DNA of 64,000 nt from assembly GCA_965220965.1 (NCBI GenBank), contig OZ244852.1, positions 2,400,001-2,464,000 on the forward strand. The letters run 5' to 3'. This document shows positions 23,748 through 34,200 of this stretch, piece after piece. Origin of the DNA: Candidatus Marinacidobacterium sp. GTDB taxonomy: Bacteria; Acidobacteriota; Vicinamibacteria; Marinacidobacterales; Marinacidobacteraceae. The translations under genes were made by a program, and so were the position numbers. The notes below the pieces were generated by a model. That model was given only the letters and a program-made list of their open reading frames with translations, did no database searches and was not told the DNA's origin. Every line of letters begins with the position of its first letter. Position 1 is the stretch's first letter.

Positions 23748-26700
23748 GTGACCGAAACGGCTCCCCGACCCCGGATCGACCTCGGCGAGGCGTTCGCCGG
23801 CAAGGGGATCCTGCTGCTCGGCGGGACCGGGTTCCTCGGGAAGGTGGTCGTCGGGATGCTGCTCGAGCACTTCCCCGACATCCGCCGGCTCTACCTCATG
23901 GTGCGGGCCCGCGACCTCGAGGGCAGCCGGACCCGCTTCCGGGAAATGGTCGAGGAGTCGGCGGCCTACGAGCCGCTGCGCCGCCGCCACGGGGACCGCC
24001 GGTGGGAGTTCCTCGACGAACGGGTCGAGGTGCTCGGCGGGGACATCACCGAAGAGGACTTCGGGTACTCCGAAGAGGAGGCGGCCCGGGTCGCGGGGGA
24101 CATCGACCTCGTCCTGAACTGCTCGGGACGCGTGGAGTTCAACCCACCGCTCGAGAACTCGATGGCGACCAACGTTCGCGGCACCCAGAACGTCATCGCT
24201 TTCGCCCGCCGGATGCGCCGCCCGGCGCTCGTCCACATCAGCACCTGCTTCGTCGCCGGGAACCGCGCCGGGGAGATCTACGAGGACGAGCCGCTCATCG
24301 GCTATTTCCCCCGCCGGGACCGCGAGGACCAGGAGTTCCGCGTCGACCGCGAGATCGAGGACTGCGAGCGCCTCGCCGCCCGGGTCCGCGACGAGTCGAA
24401 CGACAAGTCCCGCGCCGACGAGTTCCGCGAAGCGGCGCGCCGGCGGTTCCGGGAGGAGGGGCGGAACCCCGACGACGCCCGCGCGCTCCGCCTCGCGATC
24501 GCCGCCGAACGGCGGAACTGGGTCCGTCGCCGCCTCCGCGACCTGGGGATCGAGAAGGCCCGCGGCTGGGGCTGGCCCAACATCTACACCTACACCAAGA
24601 GCCTGGGGGATCAGCTCGTCGCCGAGGCCGACGGGCTTGCCCGCGCCATCGTCCGCCCTTCCGTCGTCGAGAGCTCGCTGGCGTTCCCGGTCACCGGCTG
24701 GAACGAGGGGTTCACCACGAGCGCGCCGCTGGTGCGGATGGCGCTCCGGGGCCAGAACCTCTTCCCGGTCAAGGAGGGCGTGGTCCTCGACGTCGTCCCG
24801 GTGGACCTGGTCGCCTCGGTGACCCTCGCCGTCGCCGCCGAGACGATGGTCACCGAGCCGCGCCTCGTCTACCAGGTCTGCAGCGGGGACAAGAACCCCT
24901 CCGAGGCCTCCCGGCTGGTGGACCTCGTCGGGATCTACAAGCGGCGCCACTTCCAGAACAAGCCGGGCGGACTGAAGCTGTGGAACGAGGTGCTGGGACG
25001 GATGGAGGCGACCAAGGTTCGCTCCGACCGCTTCGAGAAGCACACGCTCAAGTGGATGCGCCGCTCGGCGCAGGGGCTCCAGGACGCGCTCGACCGCGCC
25101 TCCGGCGAGCCGCTCGGGCCGCTGGTGACCGCCGTGGACCATCTGCGGACCCAGGTGCGGGGGTTCGACCACTTCGTCAGCCAGGGCGAGCGGCACTACC
25201 ACACCTTCCGGCCCTTCATCGCCGGGGAGCGCTTCATTTTCCGGGCCGATAACACCCGCGACCTGTTCTCCCGCCTCGACGGCAACGACGGCAGGCTCTA
25301 CTTCAACCCGGAGGAGATCGACTGGTACGACTACTGGCTCCACGTCCACCTTCCCGGGCTCGAGAAATGGGTCTTTCCCACGCTCGAACGCGAGGAGCGC
25401 GGCCGCCCCCGGCGGGTCTATCAGTACAAATCGATCGTTGAGCTGTTCGAGTCGAGCACCCGGAACCACGCCGGCCGGGTGGCCATGCGCATCACCCGGG
25501 GCGGACGGGAAGAGCGGATCACCTACGCCGATCTCCGGGAGTGCGTCCAGCGGGCCGCGGGGTTCCTCCGGGCGGCCGGCTTCGGGCCGGGGGATCACAT
25601 CGGCCTCCTCGCCGAGAACGCCCCCGAGTGGGGCATGGCCTACCTGGCGATTGCTCGGATCGGGGCGGTGGCGATCCCGCTGGACCGGGACACGCGGCCG
25701 GCCGACGTCCAGCGGCTGCTCGCCGCCGGCGACGCGAAGGCGCTCATCCTGAGCGACGCGCTCCATGACCGCCACGGGGCGATGGGCGCCGGGGAGTCAG
25801 GCCCGGGGTTCCGGGACATTCCGTTCGCCGAGCTCTTCGCCCTGGAGGACGAGGCCGAAGAAGAGCGCCGCATCGCCGACCTGCCGCCCCCTCCCACCGC
25901 CACGAGCCTGGCCTCGATCCTGTTCACCTCCGGGACGACCGGGTCTCCCAAGGGGGTGATGCTCACCCACCGCAACTTCACCAGCCTGGTGGCGAAGCTG
26001 CTCACGCTCTACGACATCGGGCCGAAGGACGGCGCGCTCAGCGTTCTGCCGCTCCACCATTCCTTCGAGTTCACGACCGGGTTCCTCCTCCCGCTCTCGC
26101 GCGGCGCCCAGATCGCCTACCTCGACGAGTTGAGCGGCGACACGATCACCCGTGAACTCCGAAAGGGCCAGACCACCTGCATCGTGGGCGTCCCGGCGCT
26201 GTGGGAGATGTTCCGCAAGAACCTCCTCAAGAAATTCGGGGACCGCTCGCCGCGGGCGGAGGACCTGGCGGTGGCGCTGGTGGACGCCGCCTATCTGCTT
26301 CGCGAGGACACCGGGCTGAACCTCGGACCGGCGCTCTTCCTGCCGATCCACGCGGCCCTCGGCGGGCGGATCCGGTATCTGATCAGCGGCGCCTCCGCGC
26401 TGTCCGAGACCGACTGGAAGTTCTTCCGCGGCCTCGGCTTCCACCTGGCGCAGGGCTACGGCCTCACCGAGGCGGCGCCGGTCCTGACCGTGACCCCGCC
26501 GGAGGGACGGATCCCCCTGGGGAGCGCCGGCAAACCGCTGCCCGGCATCGAGGTCCGGATCGCCGAGCCGGACGCCTCCGGCGTGGGTGAGGTCATTGCC
26601 CGCGGTCCCAACGTCATGCTGGGGTACTACGCCAACGAAGAGGCCACCAGCGAGGTCTTGCGCGACGGCTGGCTCCACACCGGCGACCTCGGCCGGCTCG

Positions 26701-28127
26701 ACGAGGAGGGGCATCTGTTCCTCTCCGGGCGCCGCAAGGACGTCATCGTGAACCGGGGCGGACGCAACATCTACCCCGACGAGCTCGAGGAGATCTACGC
26801 CGATGAGGCGCTGATCGAGGAGATGACCGTCGTCGGCCTTCCGGACGGCTCGGCGGAGACCCCGGCCGCCGTCGTCGTCGCGAAGGATGGGGCTCCCGGC
26901 GGGGAAGGCGCCGTCCGCGCCCGTTTCCGCGACGTCGGCGCCCGGCTGCCGCTCCACAAGCGGATCGGCATCGTGGAATTCCATGAGGGCCCGCTGCCGC
27001 GCACGACCACCCGCAAGGTGAAGCGGCGCGAAGTGCTGCGCTGGCTCGCCGCCCGCCGCCGTGACGCCGCTTCGGCGGAGAGCGAGGACACCGCCGCCCG
27101 CAGCCGGCTCTTCGAGCTCGTGGCGTCGGCGTGCGAGCGGCCGGCGTCGGGGCTGCGGAGCGGCTCCCGTTTCGCCGAACTGGGTTTCGACAGCCTGATG
27201 TTCAACGATCTGGCCGCCGCGGTCGGAACCGAGTTCGGGGTGATCGTCGCCCCCGAGGATCTGGCCCGGATGGAAACCCTTGGGGACCTCTCGGACGCCG
27301 TCGGGCCGGCGCGGGCGCGAACGAAGGCCGCTCGCCGCCCATCGGAACGGAAGGCCGAGACGTCCGAGATCGAGATCCCTCCGGCGCTCGCGCGCGCCGG
27401 CCGCGCCGGTCTCACCCAGGTCCAGCACTGGTTCTACCACCAGGTGCTCGAGCCGACCTTCAGCGGGCGCGCCTACGTCCCGTCCCACACCCACTACCTG
27501 GTCGTCGCGAACCACTCCTCCCACCTCGACATGGGGCTGGTCAAGATGGCGCTCGGGGACCAGGGCTCGAATCTCGTCGTTCTGGCCGCCGCCGATTACT
27601 TCTTCGACAACCGGGTGAAGCGGACCTTCTTCCACAACTTCACGAACCTGGTCCCGATGGAGCGGCGAGGTTCGCTCAAGCAGTCGCTCGAGATGGCCGC
27701 CGGGTATCTCGACCAGGGCCACAGCGTGCTGATCTTCCCGGAGGGAACCCGCTCGCGCAGCGGGGAGATCGCGCCCTTCCGGCGGGGGTTCGCGCACCTC
27801 GCCTACCGCTGCGGCGTCGGCGTGCTCCCGATGCATCTGAACACCTGGAACGCCTTTCCGCCGGGCGCGGTGGGCCTCAGATCGCGCCGGGTGACCGCGC
27901 GCATCGGCCCCTTCCTGTCGCACGAGTTCCTCGTCGGATTCGATGCCGGAGGCCCTCGCCGGGCTCGTGACCAGGCGGTGGCCGACCTGGTCCAGACGAT
28001 GGTGGAGCGGCTCTCCCGGGGAGAGCCGGTCCAGCTCGACGAGCTGGCGGAGCGCTTCCGTCCGTCTCCGGGGGAAGCCGACGCCGCGGCGCGGGAGTCC
28101 TCCGGGGCCGCGGCTCCGGTCGGCTGA
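23748..28127 (+). CDS. elbD: Multidomain fatty acyl reductase - acyl-CoA synthetase - ACP - PlsC acyltransferase, ElbD-like
   Basis: GGTGFLGK and YTYTK (FAR); FTSGTTGSPKG, GYGLTE, LHTGDLG (adenylation); LGFDSL (Ppant Ser); NHSSHLD, FPEGTRS (acyltransferase). Confidence 0.88.
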   Translation: MTETAPRPRIDLGEAFAGKGILLLGGTGFLGKVVVGMLLEHFPDIRRLYLMVRARDLEGSRTRFREMVEESAAYEPLRRRHGDRRWEFLDERVEVLGGDITEEDFGYSEEEAARVAGDIDLVLNCSGRVEFNPPLENSMATNVRGTQNVIAFARRMRRPALVHISTCFVAGNRAGEIYEDEPLIGYFPRRDREDQEFRVDREIEDCERLAARVRDESNDKSRADEFREAARRRFREEGRNPDDARALRLAIAAERRNWVRRRLRDLGIEKARGWGWPNIYTYTKSLGDQLVAEADGLARAIVRPSVVESSLAFPVTGWNEGFTTSAPLVRMALRGQNLFPVKEGVVLDVVPVDLVASVTLAVAAETMVTEPRLVYQVCSGDKNPSEASRLVDLVGIYKRRHFQNKPGGLKLWNEVLGRMEATKVRSDRFEKHTLKWMRRSAQGLQDALDRASGEPLGPLVTAVDHLRTQVRGFDHFVSQGERHYHTFRPFIAGERFIFRADNTRDLFSRLDGNDGRLYFNPEEIDWYDYWLHVHLPGLEKWVFPTLEREERGRPRRVYQYKSIVELFESSTRNHAGRVAMRITRGGREERITYADLRECVQRAAGFLRAAGFGPGDHIGLLAENAPEWGMAYLAIARIGAVAIPLDRDTRPADVQRLLAAGDAKALILSDALHDRHGAMGAGESGPGFRDIPFAELFALEDEAEEERRIADLPPPPTATSLASILFTSGTTGSPKGVMLTHRNFTSLVAKLLTLYDIGPKDGALSVLPLHHSFEFTTGFLLPLSRGAQIAYLDELSGDTITRELRKGQTTCIVGVPALWEMFRKNLLKKFGDRSPRAEDLAVALVDAAYLLREDTGLNLGPALFLPIHAALGGRIRYLISGASALSETDWKFFRGLGFHLAQGYGLTEAAPVLTVTPPEGRIPLGSAGKPLPGIEVRIAEPDASGVGEVIARGPNVMLGYYANEEATSEVLRDGWLHTGDLGRLDEEGHLFLSGRRKDVIVNRGGRNIYPDELEEIYADEALIEEMTVVGLPDGSAETPAAVVVAKDGAPGGEGAVRARFRDVGARLPLHKRIGIVEFHEGPLPRTTTRKVKRREVLRWLAARRRDAASAESEDTAARSRLFELVASACERPASGLRSGSRFAELGFDSLMFNDLAAAVGTEFGVIVAPEDLARMETLGDLSDAVGPARARTKAARRPSERKAETSEIEIPPALARAGRAGLTQVQHWFYHQVLEPTFSGRAYVPSHTHYLVVANHSSHLDMGLVKMALGDQGSNLVVLAAADYFFDNRVKRTFFHNFTNLVPMERRGSLKQSLEMAAGYLDQGHSVLIFPEGTRSRSGEIAPFRRGFAHLAYRCGVGVLPMHLNTWNAFPPGAVGLRSRRVTARIGPFLSHEFLVGFDAGGPRRARDQAVADLVQTMVERLSRGEPVQLDELAERFRPSPGEADAAARESSGAAAPVG

Positions 28128-28143
28128 GAAGGGGTCGGCCGCC

Positions 28144-29178
28144 ATGCCGGAAGAAGAGGGTCCGGGACCGTCCGGGCCGGACCCGACGCGCCCGGTCCTG
28201 GTCACCGGGGGAACCGGGTTCCTCGGGACCCACCTGCTCGATGTGCTGCTGGGAGGCGACCGCGATGGCGCCGCGCCCCTTCGTGTTCTGGCGCGCGAAC
28301 CCGCGCCGAGGCTCGCCGCGCGCGGCGTCGAAGTCGTGGAGGGGGACCTCCTCGAGGGGCCGGGGCTCGAGGTGGCGCTGGGCGGAGTCCGTGCGGTGTT
28401 CCACCTGGCTGGCATGGTGTCCCGCGATCCCGACGCCGCCGCCCGGCTCCAGCAGGTCCACGTGGACGGCGCCCGCCGTCTCGCCGGGCTGGCCCGCGCC
28501 GCCGGCGTCGAGCGGATCGTGCTGGTCTCGACCAGCGGGACGATCGCGGTGACCACGGGCCCCGAGCCGGAACTCGAGGAGTCGGCGCCGACCCCGATCG
28601 ACCAGATCGGGGGCTGGCCCTACTACCGCAGCAAGTGGCTCCAGGAGCGCGCCCTGCTCTCCGCGGCGGAGGACCTGGAGGTCGTCGTCGTGAACCCCTC
28701 GCTGCTTCTCGGTCCGGGAGACGAGCGGCTGTCCTCGACCGGGGATGTGCTCCGGTTCCTCGCCGGGGAGGTTCGCGTGATCCCGCCCGGAGGGCTGAAC
28801 TTCGTGGACGTCCGGGACGCCGCCGCGAGCGTGGCCTCGGCGATGACCCGGGGCCGGCCGGGACACCGCTACCTGCTCGGCGGCCACAACTGGAGCTTCG
28901 CCGACTTCTTCGCCCGCCTGGGCGAGGTCTCCGGCCTGACCGCCCCCCGCCTGCGGCTCCCGAAGGAGGTCTATACCGCCGCCGCGCTCGTCTCCGAGGA
29001 GGCGGCGCGACAGTTGGGTCGCGAACCCGCGGTGGACCGGATCAGCCGCGAGATGGCCGCGAGTTACTGGTATTTCAGTTCGGCGAAGGCGGAGCGGGAA
29101 CTCGGCCACACGGCGCGCGACGGTCGCCTCACCCTGCTGGAGACGGTTCGCTGGCTCGACGGTCGCGGGCTGGCCTGA
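28144..29178 (+). CDS. elbE: NAD-dependent epimerase/dehydratase (extended SDR), ElbE-like
   Basis: TGGTGFLG, VFHLAG, YYRSK, FVDVRDAA. Confidence 0.82.
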   Translation: MPEEEGPGPSGPDPTRPVLVTGGTGFLGTHLLDVLLGGDRDGAAPLRVLAREPAPRLAARGVEVVEGDLLEGPGLEVALGGVRAVFHLAGMVSRDPDAAARLQQVHVDGARRLAGLARAAGVERIVLVSTSGTIAVTTGPEPELEESAPTPIDQIGGWPYYRSKWLQERALLSAAEDLEVVVVNPSLLLGPGDERLSSTGDVLRFLAGEVRVIPPGGLNFVDVRDAAASVASAMTRGRPGHRYLLGGHNWSFADFFARLGEVSGLTAPRLRLPKEVYTAAALVSEEAARQLGREPAVDRISREMAASYWYFSSAKAERELGHTARDGRLTLLETVRWLDGRGLA

Positions 29179-29217
29179 CGCGGGAACCGCCCAGGCAAGG
29201 GGTCGCGCCCTCTCGTC

Positions 29218-30141
29218 TCACTCCCGGCGGATCCGGATCGCTCCCGGCGCCACCGAGACGGTGACGCCTCCCCGCGCGTGGGCCTGCTCCCCGTCGACCT
29301 CCAGGCTCATTCCCGCGGGCCCGACGGGGTCGAGCGGCTCGATCCGCATGCGCCGCACCGGACGGTGCTCGATCGCGCGGTGCCCGAAGTGGGTCCCCTG
29401 GACGAGGCGCGCCACCGCGTCCAGAACCGCCACCGGGCCGAGGGGGCCGATGAGCACCGCGTCGAGCAGGCCGTCGCCGGGATTCGCGGGGGGCGCGAGC
29501 GGGATGCCTCCCCCGATGCGCCGGGTGTTCAGCAGCGAGACGTTGAGCAGCAGTCGCGGACGGTCCGGCGCATCGTCGAGCGCGACCCGGTAGCGTCCGG
29601 CGCGGGAGGAGATCAGCTCCCGGGCGGCGGCCGCCGCGTAGGAGCCTCCGCCGAGGCGGCCGCTGCCGGCGCGGGCGCGTTCGTTCACGGCGGCGGCGAG
29701 CCCGACCGAACAACTGTTCAGGAAAGTGAGCGCGGGGCCGTCAGCGGATTCAACCCGCCCCAGGTCGGTGGGTTGCGCCCGGCTGCGGGCGAGGAACCGG
29801 ACCGCGTCGGCCAGCCGTCCCGGCGTTCCCACCGCCTGGGCGAAGTCGTTGCCCGTTCCCGACGGAAGAAGTCCGAGTTCGGCAACCGCCGCGGCGTTCT
29901 CCGCCGCCTGGGACAGCCCCCGCGCGGTCTCGGAGGCGGTGCCGTCGCCTCCGAACGCCACGATCAGTTCCCGTTCGCCGGCCTCGCGCCGGGCGATGTC
30001 CACGGCCTCCTTCGGCCCCCTCGTCCAGACGAGGTCATGGCCTCCGATTTGTTCCGCGACCGCTGGCGCGACCGCGCGCCACCGCGCCCGCGCCCGTCCC
30101 CGCCCGGCCGCCGGGTTCCCGATGACCAGAACCCGGCTCAC
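29218..30141 (-). CDS. Diacylglycerol/lipid kinase family (YegS/BmrU-like)
   Basis: NPAAG, GGDGT, PSGTGNDFA, EVDGE; start GTG 30141 or ATG 30234. Confidence 0.88.
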   Translation of the reverse strand: MSRVLVIGNPAAGRGRARARWRAVAPAVAEQIGGHDLVWTRGPKEAVDIARREAGERELIVAFGGDGTASETARGLSQAAENAAAVAELGLLPSGTGNDFAQAVGTPGRLADAVRFLARSRAQPTDLGRVESADGPALTFLNSCSVGLAAAVNERARAGSGRLGGGSYAAAAARELISSRAGRYRVALDDAPDRPRLLLNVSLLNTRRIGGGIPLAPPANPGDGLLDAVLIGPLGPVAVLDAVARLVQGTHFGHRAIEHRPVRRMRIEPLDPVGPAGMSLEVDGEQAHARGGVTVSVAPGAIRIRRE

Positions 30142-30350
30142 GTGGCGCAGCCCGCCTTCACGCCGGATCGCTGCGCCCGCGAGCGCCCGCGGGCGTATGC
30201 TTTCCTCTTGCGGGCCATCGCGAGGTTCCGGCATCGCGCCGGGGCGCGCCCGGACTCCCGAAGCGCCATGAACCCCCCTCCCGTCCAGCCCGACCCGGAA
30301 TTCCCGCCGGCTGGCGTCGCCGGCGCGCCCGGAGACCCGGAGGCGCGGGC

Positions 30351-31094
30351 TTGAAGGGACTCTTCGCCCGGATCGGGCGGCACACCTCGGCGGCGCTGGC
30401 GTGGATCCGGGACAGCATCGCGCACGGGATCATACGGGCGCGGATCCCGCCGAACGCGCTGACGCTCGCCGGGCCGGTGGCGATGGCTTTCGTCTTCTGG
30501 CCGGTGCTCGAGGGCAGGCTCCAGCTCGCCGGCTGGGTCGTCCTGCTCGCCGTCGCCTTCGATTCGCTGGACGGCGCGGTGGCGAGGACCTCGGGCCGGG
30601 TCTCCCGGTTCGGCGCCTACCTCGACTCGGTGGTGGACCGCTACGCGGACATGCTGCTGCTGTTTGCGCTGCTCGTCCATGTGCTCCAGGCGTTCTCCCC
30701 GGAGTCCCGGCCCCTCTGGTTCGGCCTGTGGTGCGCGACGGCGGTCGGGACTGTCGGGACGTCCTACGCCCGGGCCCGCGCCGAGGTGCTCATCCCGAAC
30801 TGCGCCGTCGGCTTCCTCGAGCGTCCGGAGCGCACGGTAACGATCATCATCGGCCTCTGGGCCGGCAACGTCCACATCGCGATCCTCATCATGGCCCTGT
30901 GGTCGAACCTGATCGCGGTGCAGCGGGTCGTCTTCACCCACCGCATCCTCCGCCACGGCGAGGCGTCCGCCGAGACGGCCTCCCGTTTCCTCTACTGGAG
31001 GTACGCCCGCGGCTCCGCCGAGCACACGATGCAGTCGGTGGCGTTCACCCTGCTCCTGATCTTCGGCCACCTGCTCCTCCCGACGCCCTACTGA
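30351..31094 (+). CDS. CDP-alcohol phosphatidyltransferase, phosphatidylinositol-phosphate synthase-like
   Basis: PNALT, DSLDGAVAR...GAYLDSVVDR, SYARARAE, LERPER. Confidence 0.85.
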   Translation: MKGLFARIGRHTSAALAWIRDSIAHGIIRARIPPNALTLAGPVAMAFVFWPVLEGRLQLAGWVVLLAVAFDSLDGAVARTSGRVSRFGAYLDSVVDRYADMLLLFALLVHVLQAFSPESRPLWFGLWCATAVGTVGTSYARARAEVLIPNCAVGFLERPERTVTIIIGLWAGNVHIAILIMALWSNLIAVQRVVFTHRILRHGEASAETASRFLYWRYARGSAEHTMQSVAFTLLLIFGHLLLPTPY

Positions 31095-31185
31095 GGCCGG
31101 TCGGTAGCGCGTGGTTTTCCAACGGCCAGGCCGAGCGCCGGATCCCTCCTCGATCGGTCAGATATAGACTCAATCCGGAGGCGTC

Positions 31186-32328
31186 ATGTCCGACGAAACC
31201 GGAGGGGGGCTGCACCTCCCTGACCTGAAGATCACCGACTTTCGGGGCATCCGCAGTCTCTCGATCCAGCGCCTGGGTCGGGTCTCGCTCATCGCGGGAC
31301 GTAATGGGGTCGGCAAGTCCACGGTCCTCGAGGCGGTTCGTGTGTATGCGGCGCGGGCGCGACCGGCGCTCCTGGAGGAGCTCCTTTATGGGCGAGACGA
31401 ATTCGCGTCTGCGCCTGAGGACGACGACGGCTGGCCGTGGGGGGACCCGGACTACGGCGCCCTCTTCCACGGCAGGTCCATCGACCGGGGACGTCCCATC
31501 AGCATCGGACCCGCCGTCGGCCACGACGACGTGCGGATTCGACTCCTGGCTCCCACTGACACTCACTTGCCTGACCGTGCGAAGCAATTGTTCAAGGAGG
31601 CGCCTCCGGAAGGCGGTATCCAGGTCATGCAAGTCCAGCATAAGGGAGAGCAGCGGTTCGTTCCTTCGTACGCCGCGCGTGCGTTCAGTTCCCAATGGAC
31701 AGGAGTTCGCTGGAACCACACGAGGCGCAGGCTGCCCGACTCCGAGGGATGGCCCGTCATGCGCTGCAATCCGCTGGGTCCCGACATGCCACGCAATGAA
31801 GATCTCGCGCGCTTCTGGGACCAGGTGGCCCTGACCGGGGAAGAGCAACTGGCCCTGCGCGCCATGAATCTTGGGGGCAGCGGCATTGAAGGCGTTGCCG
31901 TCGTGGGTGACGATCGTGGGCGTGGCGTGGGTCGCCGCGTCGTGGTTCGAGTGAATGGCCATGAGGGGCCTGTGCCGCTGAAGAGCCTCGGTGACGGGGT
32001 GACGCGCCTCTTCGCCGCCGGGCTCGCCCTCGCGAACAGTCACGGTGGGTTCCTCGTTGTTGACGAGGCCGAAAACGGAATCCACTATTCGATTCAGCCG
32101 GCCTTCTGGCGCATGGTGCTCAGGGCGGCTCACGAATACAACGTCCAGGTTCTCGCGACGACACACAGCAGCGACTGCATTCGGGGGTTTGCGCAGGCGG
32201 CCAGCGAGACGGAGGAGGCCGAAGGGATCCTGGTTCGACTCGATCGCGACGGCCCGGACCTGAGGGCCACCGAGTACACCGAGGAGGACCTGACGACGGC
32301 GGCGACGCAGGGCATCGAAGTCCGATAG
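31186..32328 (+). CDS. ABC/AAA_21-type ATPase
   Basis: FRGI, GRNGVGKS, SLGDG signature, VVDEAENGIH, ATTHS. Confidence 0.9.
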   Translation: MSDETGGGLHLPDLKITDFRGIRSLSIQRLGRVSLIAGRNGVGKSTVLEAVRVYAARARPALLEELLYGRDEFASAPEDDDGWPWGDPDYGALFHGRSIDRGRPISIGPAVGHDDVRIRLLAPTDTHLPDRAKQLFKEAPPEGGIQVMQVQHKGEQRFVPSYAARAFSSQWTGVRWNHTRRRLPDSEGWPVMRCNPLGPDMPRNEDLARFWDQVALTGEEQLALRAMNLGGSGIEGVAVVGDDRGRGVGRRVVVRVNGHEGPVPLKSLGDGVTRLFAAGLALANSHGGFLVVDEAENGIHYSIQPAFWRMVLRAAHEYNVQVLATTHSSDCIRGFAQAASETEEAEGILVRLDRDGPDLRATEYTEEDLTTAATQGIEVR

Positions 32329-32330
32329 AC

Positions 32331-32954
32331 GTGAGTCCGCCGCCGCCTCGTATCCTGCTCGTCGAGGGGCCGGATGATGAGCATGTCGTGAAGCATCTCT
32401 GGGGTCGCGAACGCGACGTACCCTTCGAAATCAGCAGCAAGGGGGGTTACCCAAGCCTCAAGGCCGCAATCGGCCCCGAGATCATGGTTTCCGGCCGGGT
32501 TGCTCTGGGGATCCTGGTGGATGCGAACGATGACCCCGACGCGCGATGGGACGAGGTGAAGAGTCGTCTCAAGAGGTACGGCTGCGATCTTCCGAGGGCG
32601 GCCGCTCGCACGGGGACGATCGTTGATGGGTCACCCCGAGTCGGCGTCTGGCTGATGCCCGATAACGAGTCATCCGGCGAGCTGGAGGATTTCATCGAGC
32701 AACTGATCCCGCCGGAAGATAAGGTGTGGCCCCGCGCGGTGAGCTACATCGACGGTATTCCCGAGAATGAGAGGCGGTTTGCCTCGGGGAAGATCCAGCG
32801 AGCCAGGATCCACGCTTGGCTTGCGGCGCGAAAGGAGCCCCGGAAAATGGGCGCCGCGATCCGCGCCGGTGATCTGGATCGGAGCGCCCCCTACGGGGCC
32901 TCATTGCGGAATTGGCTTGAGGCGCTCTTCGGAGAAGCCGGTGGGGCGGGCTAG
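32331..32954 (+). CDS. TOPRIM-like protein (DUF3226-like)
   Basis: [23 protein letters not shown]...GELEDF, RIHAWLA; 2 bp after the ATPase. Confidence 0.78.
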   Translation: MSPPPPRILLVEGPDDEHVVKHLWGRERDVPFEISSKGGYPSLKAAIGPEIMVSGRVALGILVDANDDPDARWDEVKSRLKRYGCDLPRAAARTGTIVDGSPRVGVWLMPDNESSGELEDFIEQLIPPEDKVWPRAVSYIDGIPENERRFASGKIQRARIHAWLAARKEPRKMGAAIRAGDLDRSAPYGASLRNWLEALFGEAGGAG

Positions 32955-33043
32955 GTAGAGCGCGAAGGGCCGTCGACCGATTCGCGGGTGGTGTCGCGGA
33001 CCGGAGAGCGCCGGTGAGCGTCATCCCCCGGAGGGATGTCTTG

Positions 33044-33757
33044 ATGGCGCAGAGCTCCGGCATCGAGTGGACCGAGGCGACCTGGAACCCGGTCACCGGC
33101 TGCACGAAGGTCAGCCCGGGGTGCAGGTTCTGCTACGCCGAGCGCATGGCGGGGCGGCTCCAGGCGATGGGCCAGGCGAACTACGCCGCCGGATTCCGGC
33201 TGACTCTCCAGCCGCGCATGCTCGACCGCCCTCTCCGCTGGAAGCGGCCGCAGACCGTGTTCGTGAACTCGATGAGCGACCTGTTCCATCCGGAGGTTCC
33301 GCCCGACTTCATCCGCCGGGTCTTCTCCGTCATGCAGGAGGCGCACTGGCATCGGTTCCAGGTCCTGACGAAGCGGGCGGAACGGCTCGCCGAAATCGCC
33401 CCCGACCTGCCCTGGCCAGGTCAGGTGTGGATGGGAGTGAGCGTCGAGAACGGGCGCTACCGGGAGCGGGTGGCGCGGCTCCGGTCGGTCCCCGCGAAGG
33501 TCCGCTTCCTGTCGCTTGAACCGCTGCTCGGTCCGTTGCCGGAGCTCGACCTCGAGGGGATCCACTGGGTCATCGTAGGGGGCGAGTCCGGCCCGCGCTC
33601 CCGGCCGATGGATCCGGGCTGGGCCCGGGATATCCGGGACCAGTGCGTTGACGCTGGGGTCCCGTTTTTCTTCAAGCAGTGGGGCGGCGCGCGGCGGAAG
33701 GCGGCGGGGCGGCGCCTCGACGGCCGGGAGTGGAACCAGATGCCGGCGCGCGTCTGA
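33044..33757 (+). CDS. Phage Gp37/Gp68 (DUF5131) family radical-SAM-like protein
   Basis: [50 protein letters not shown]. Confidence 0.92.
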   Translation: MAQSSGIEWTEATWNPVTGCTKVSPGCRFCYAERMAGRLQAMGQANYAAGFRLTLQPRMLDRPLRWKRPQTVFVNSMSDLFHPEVPPDFIRRVFSVMQEAHWHRFQVLTKRAERLAEIAPDLPWPGQVWMGVSVENGRYRERVARLRSVPAKVRFLSLEPLLGPLPELDLEGIHWVIVGGESGPRSRPMDPGWARDIRDQCVDAGVPFFFKQWGGARRKAAGRRLDGREWNQMPARV

Positions 33758-33800
33758 GGGCGCCGCCTCGCCGGGGATGACCGGCTGCGGGCCGGTACAC

Positions 33801-33833
33801 AGAAAGACCCGGCCGGGATGCCCCGGCCGGGTC
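33801..33833 (-). terminator. Intrinsic terminator of the minus-strand operon
   Basis: 12-bp stem GACCCGGCCGGG/CCCGGCCGGGTC followed by TTTCT on the minus strand; a second 11-bp hairpin lies at 33850-33875. Confidence 0.7.
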
Positions 33834-33887
33834 AGCAGGCTGTCATGGAGGGTCCCGGGGGGAGCCCCGGGACCCGATGACTACGAA

Positions 33888-34157
33888 CTACTCGACGTAG
33901 CTGTAGCCGCAGTTCTCGCAGGTCCAGGTGCGGCCCTGCCGATACATGAGGGCGCCGCACTGCGGACAGGCGCGGGTGTCCTCATCGCCGGAGTCCTCGC
34001 CGAAGAGCGCGTCGTAATCGAGCTCCTCCTGCTTCTCCTCCTCTTTCTTCTCGTCCTCCTCCTGCTGCTGTCCGGCCGCGAACGAGGCGGCGCCGACGAC
34101 GCCGGCGAAGGCGAGACCGGCGCCCCTGAGGAAGGCGCGGCGGTTCAGATCGTCCAT
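33888..34157 (-). CDS. Small Tat-exported protein with acidic linker and C-terminal C4 zinc ribbon
   Basis: LNRRAFL plus hydrophobic stretch; CPQCG...CENCG; AAGGAG RBS. Confidence 0.8.
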   Translation of the reverse strand: MDDLNRRAFLRGAGLAFAGVVGAASFAAGQQQEEDEKKEEEKQEELDYDALFGEDSGDEDTRACPQCGALMYRQGRTWTCENCGYSYVE

Positions 34158-34200
34158 TTTGGGGTTTCTCCTTGTCTTCGGGGAGGTGTGGGGGTTCGGA

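Noticed and set aside
23748-28127. NRPS-like secondary metabolite gene
   Set aside because: No condensation domain; FAR and PlsC domains indicate lipid synthesis
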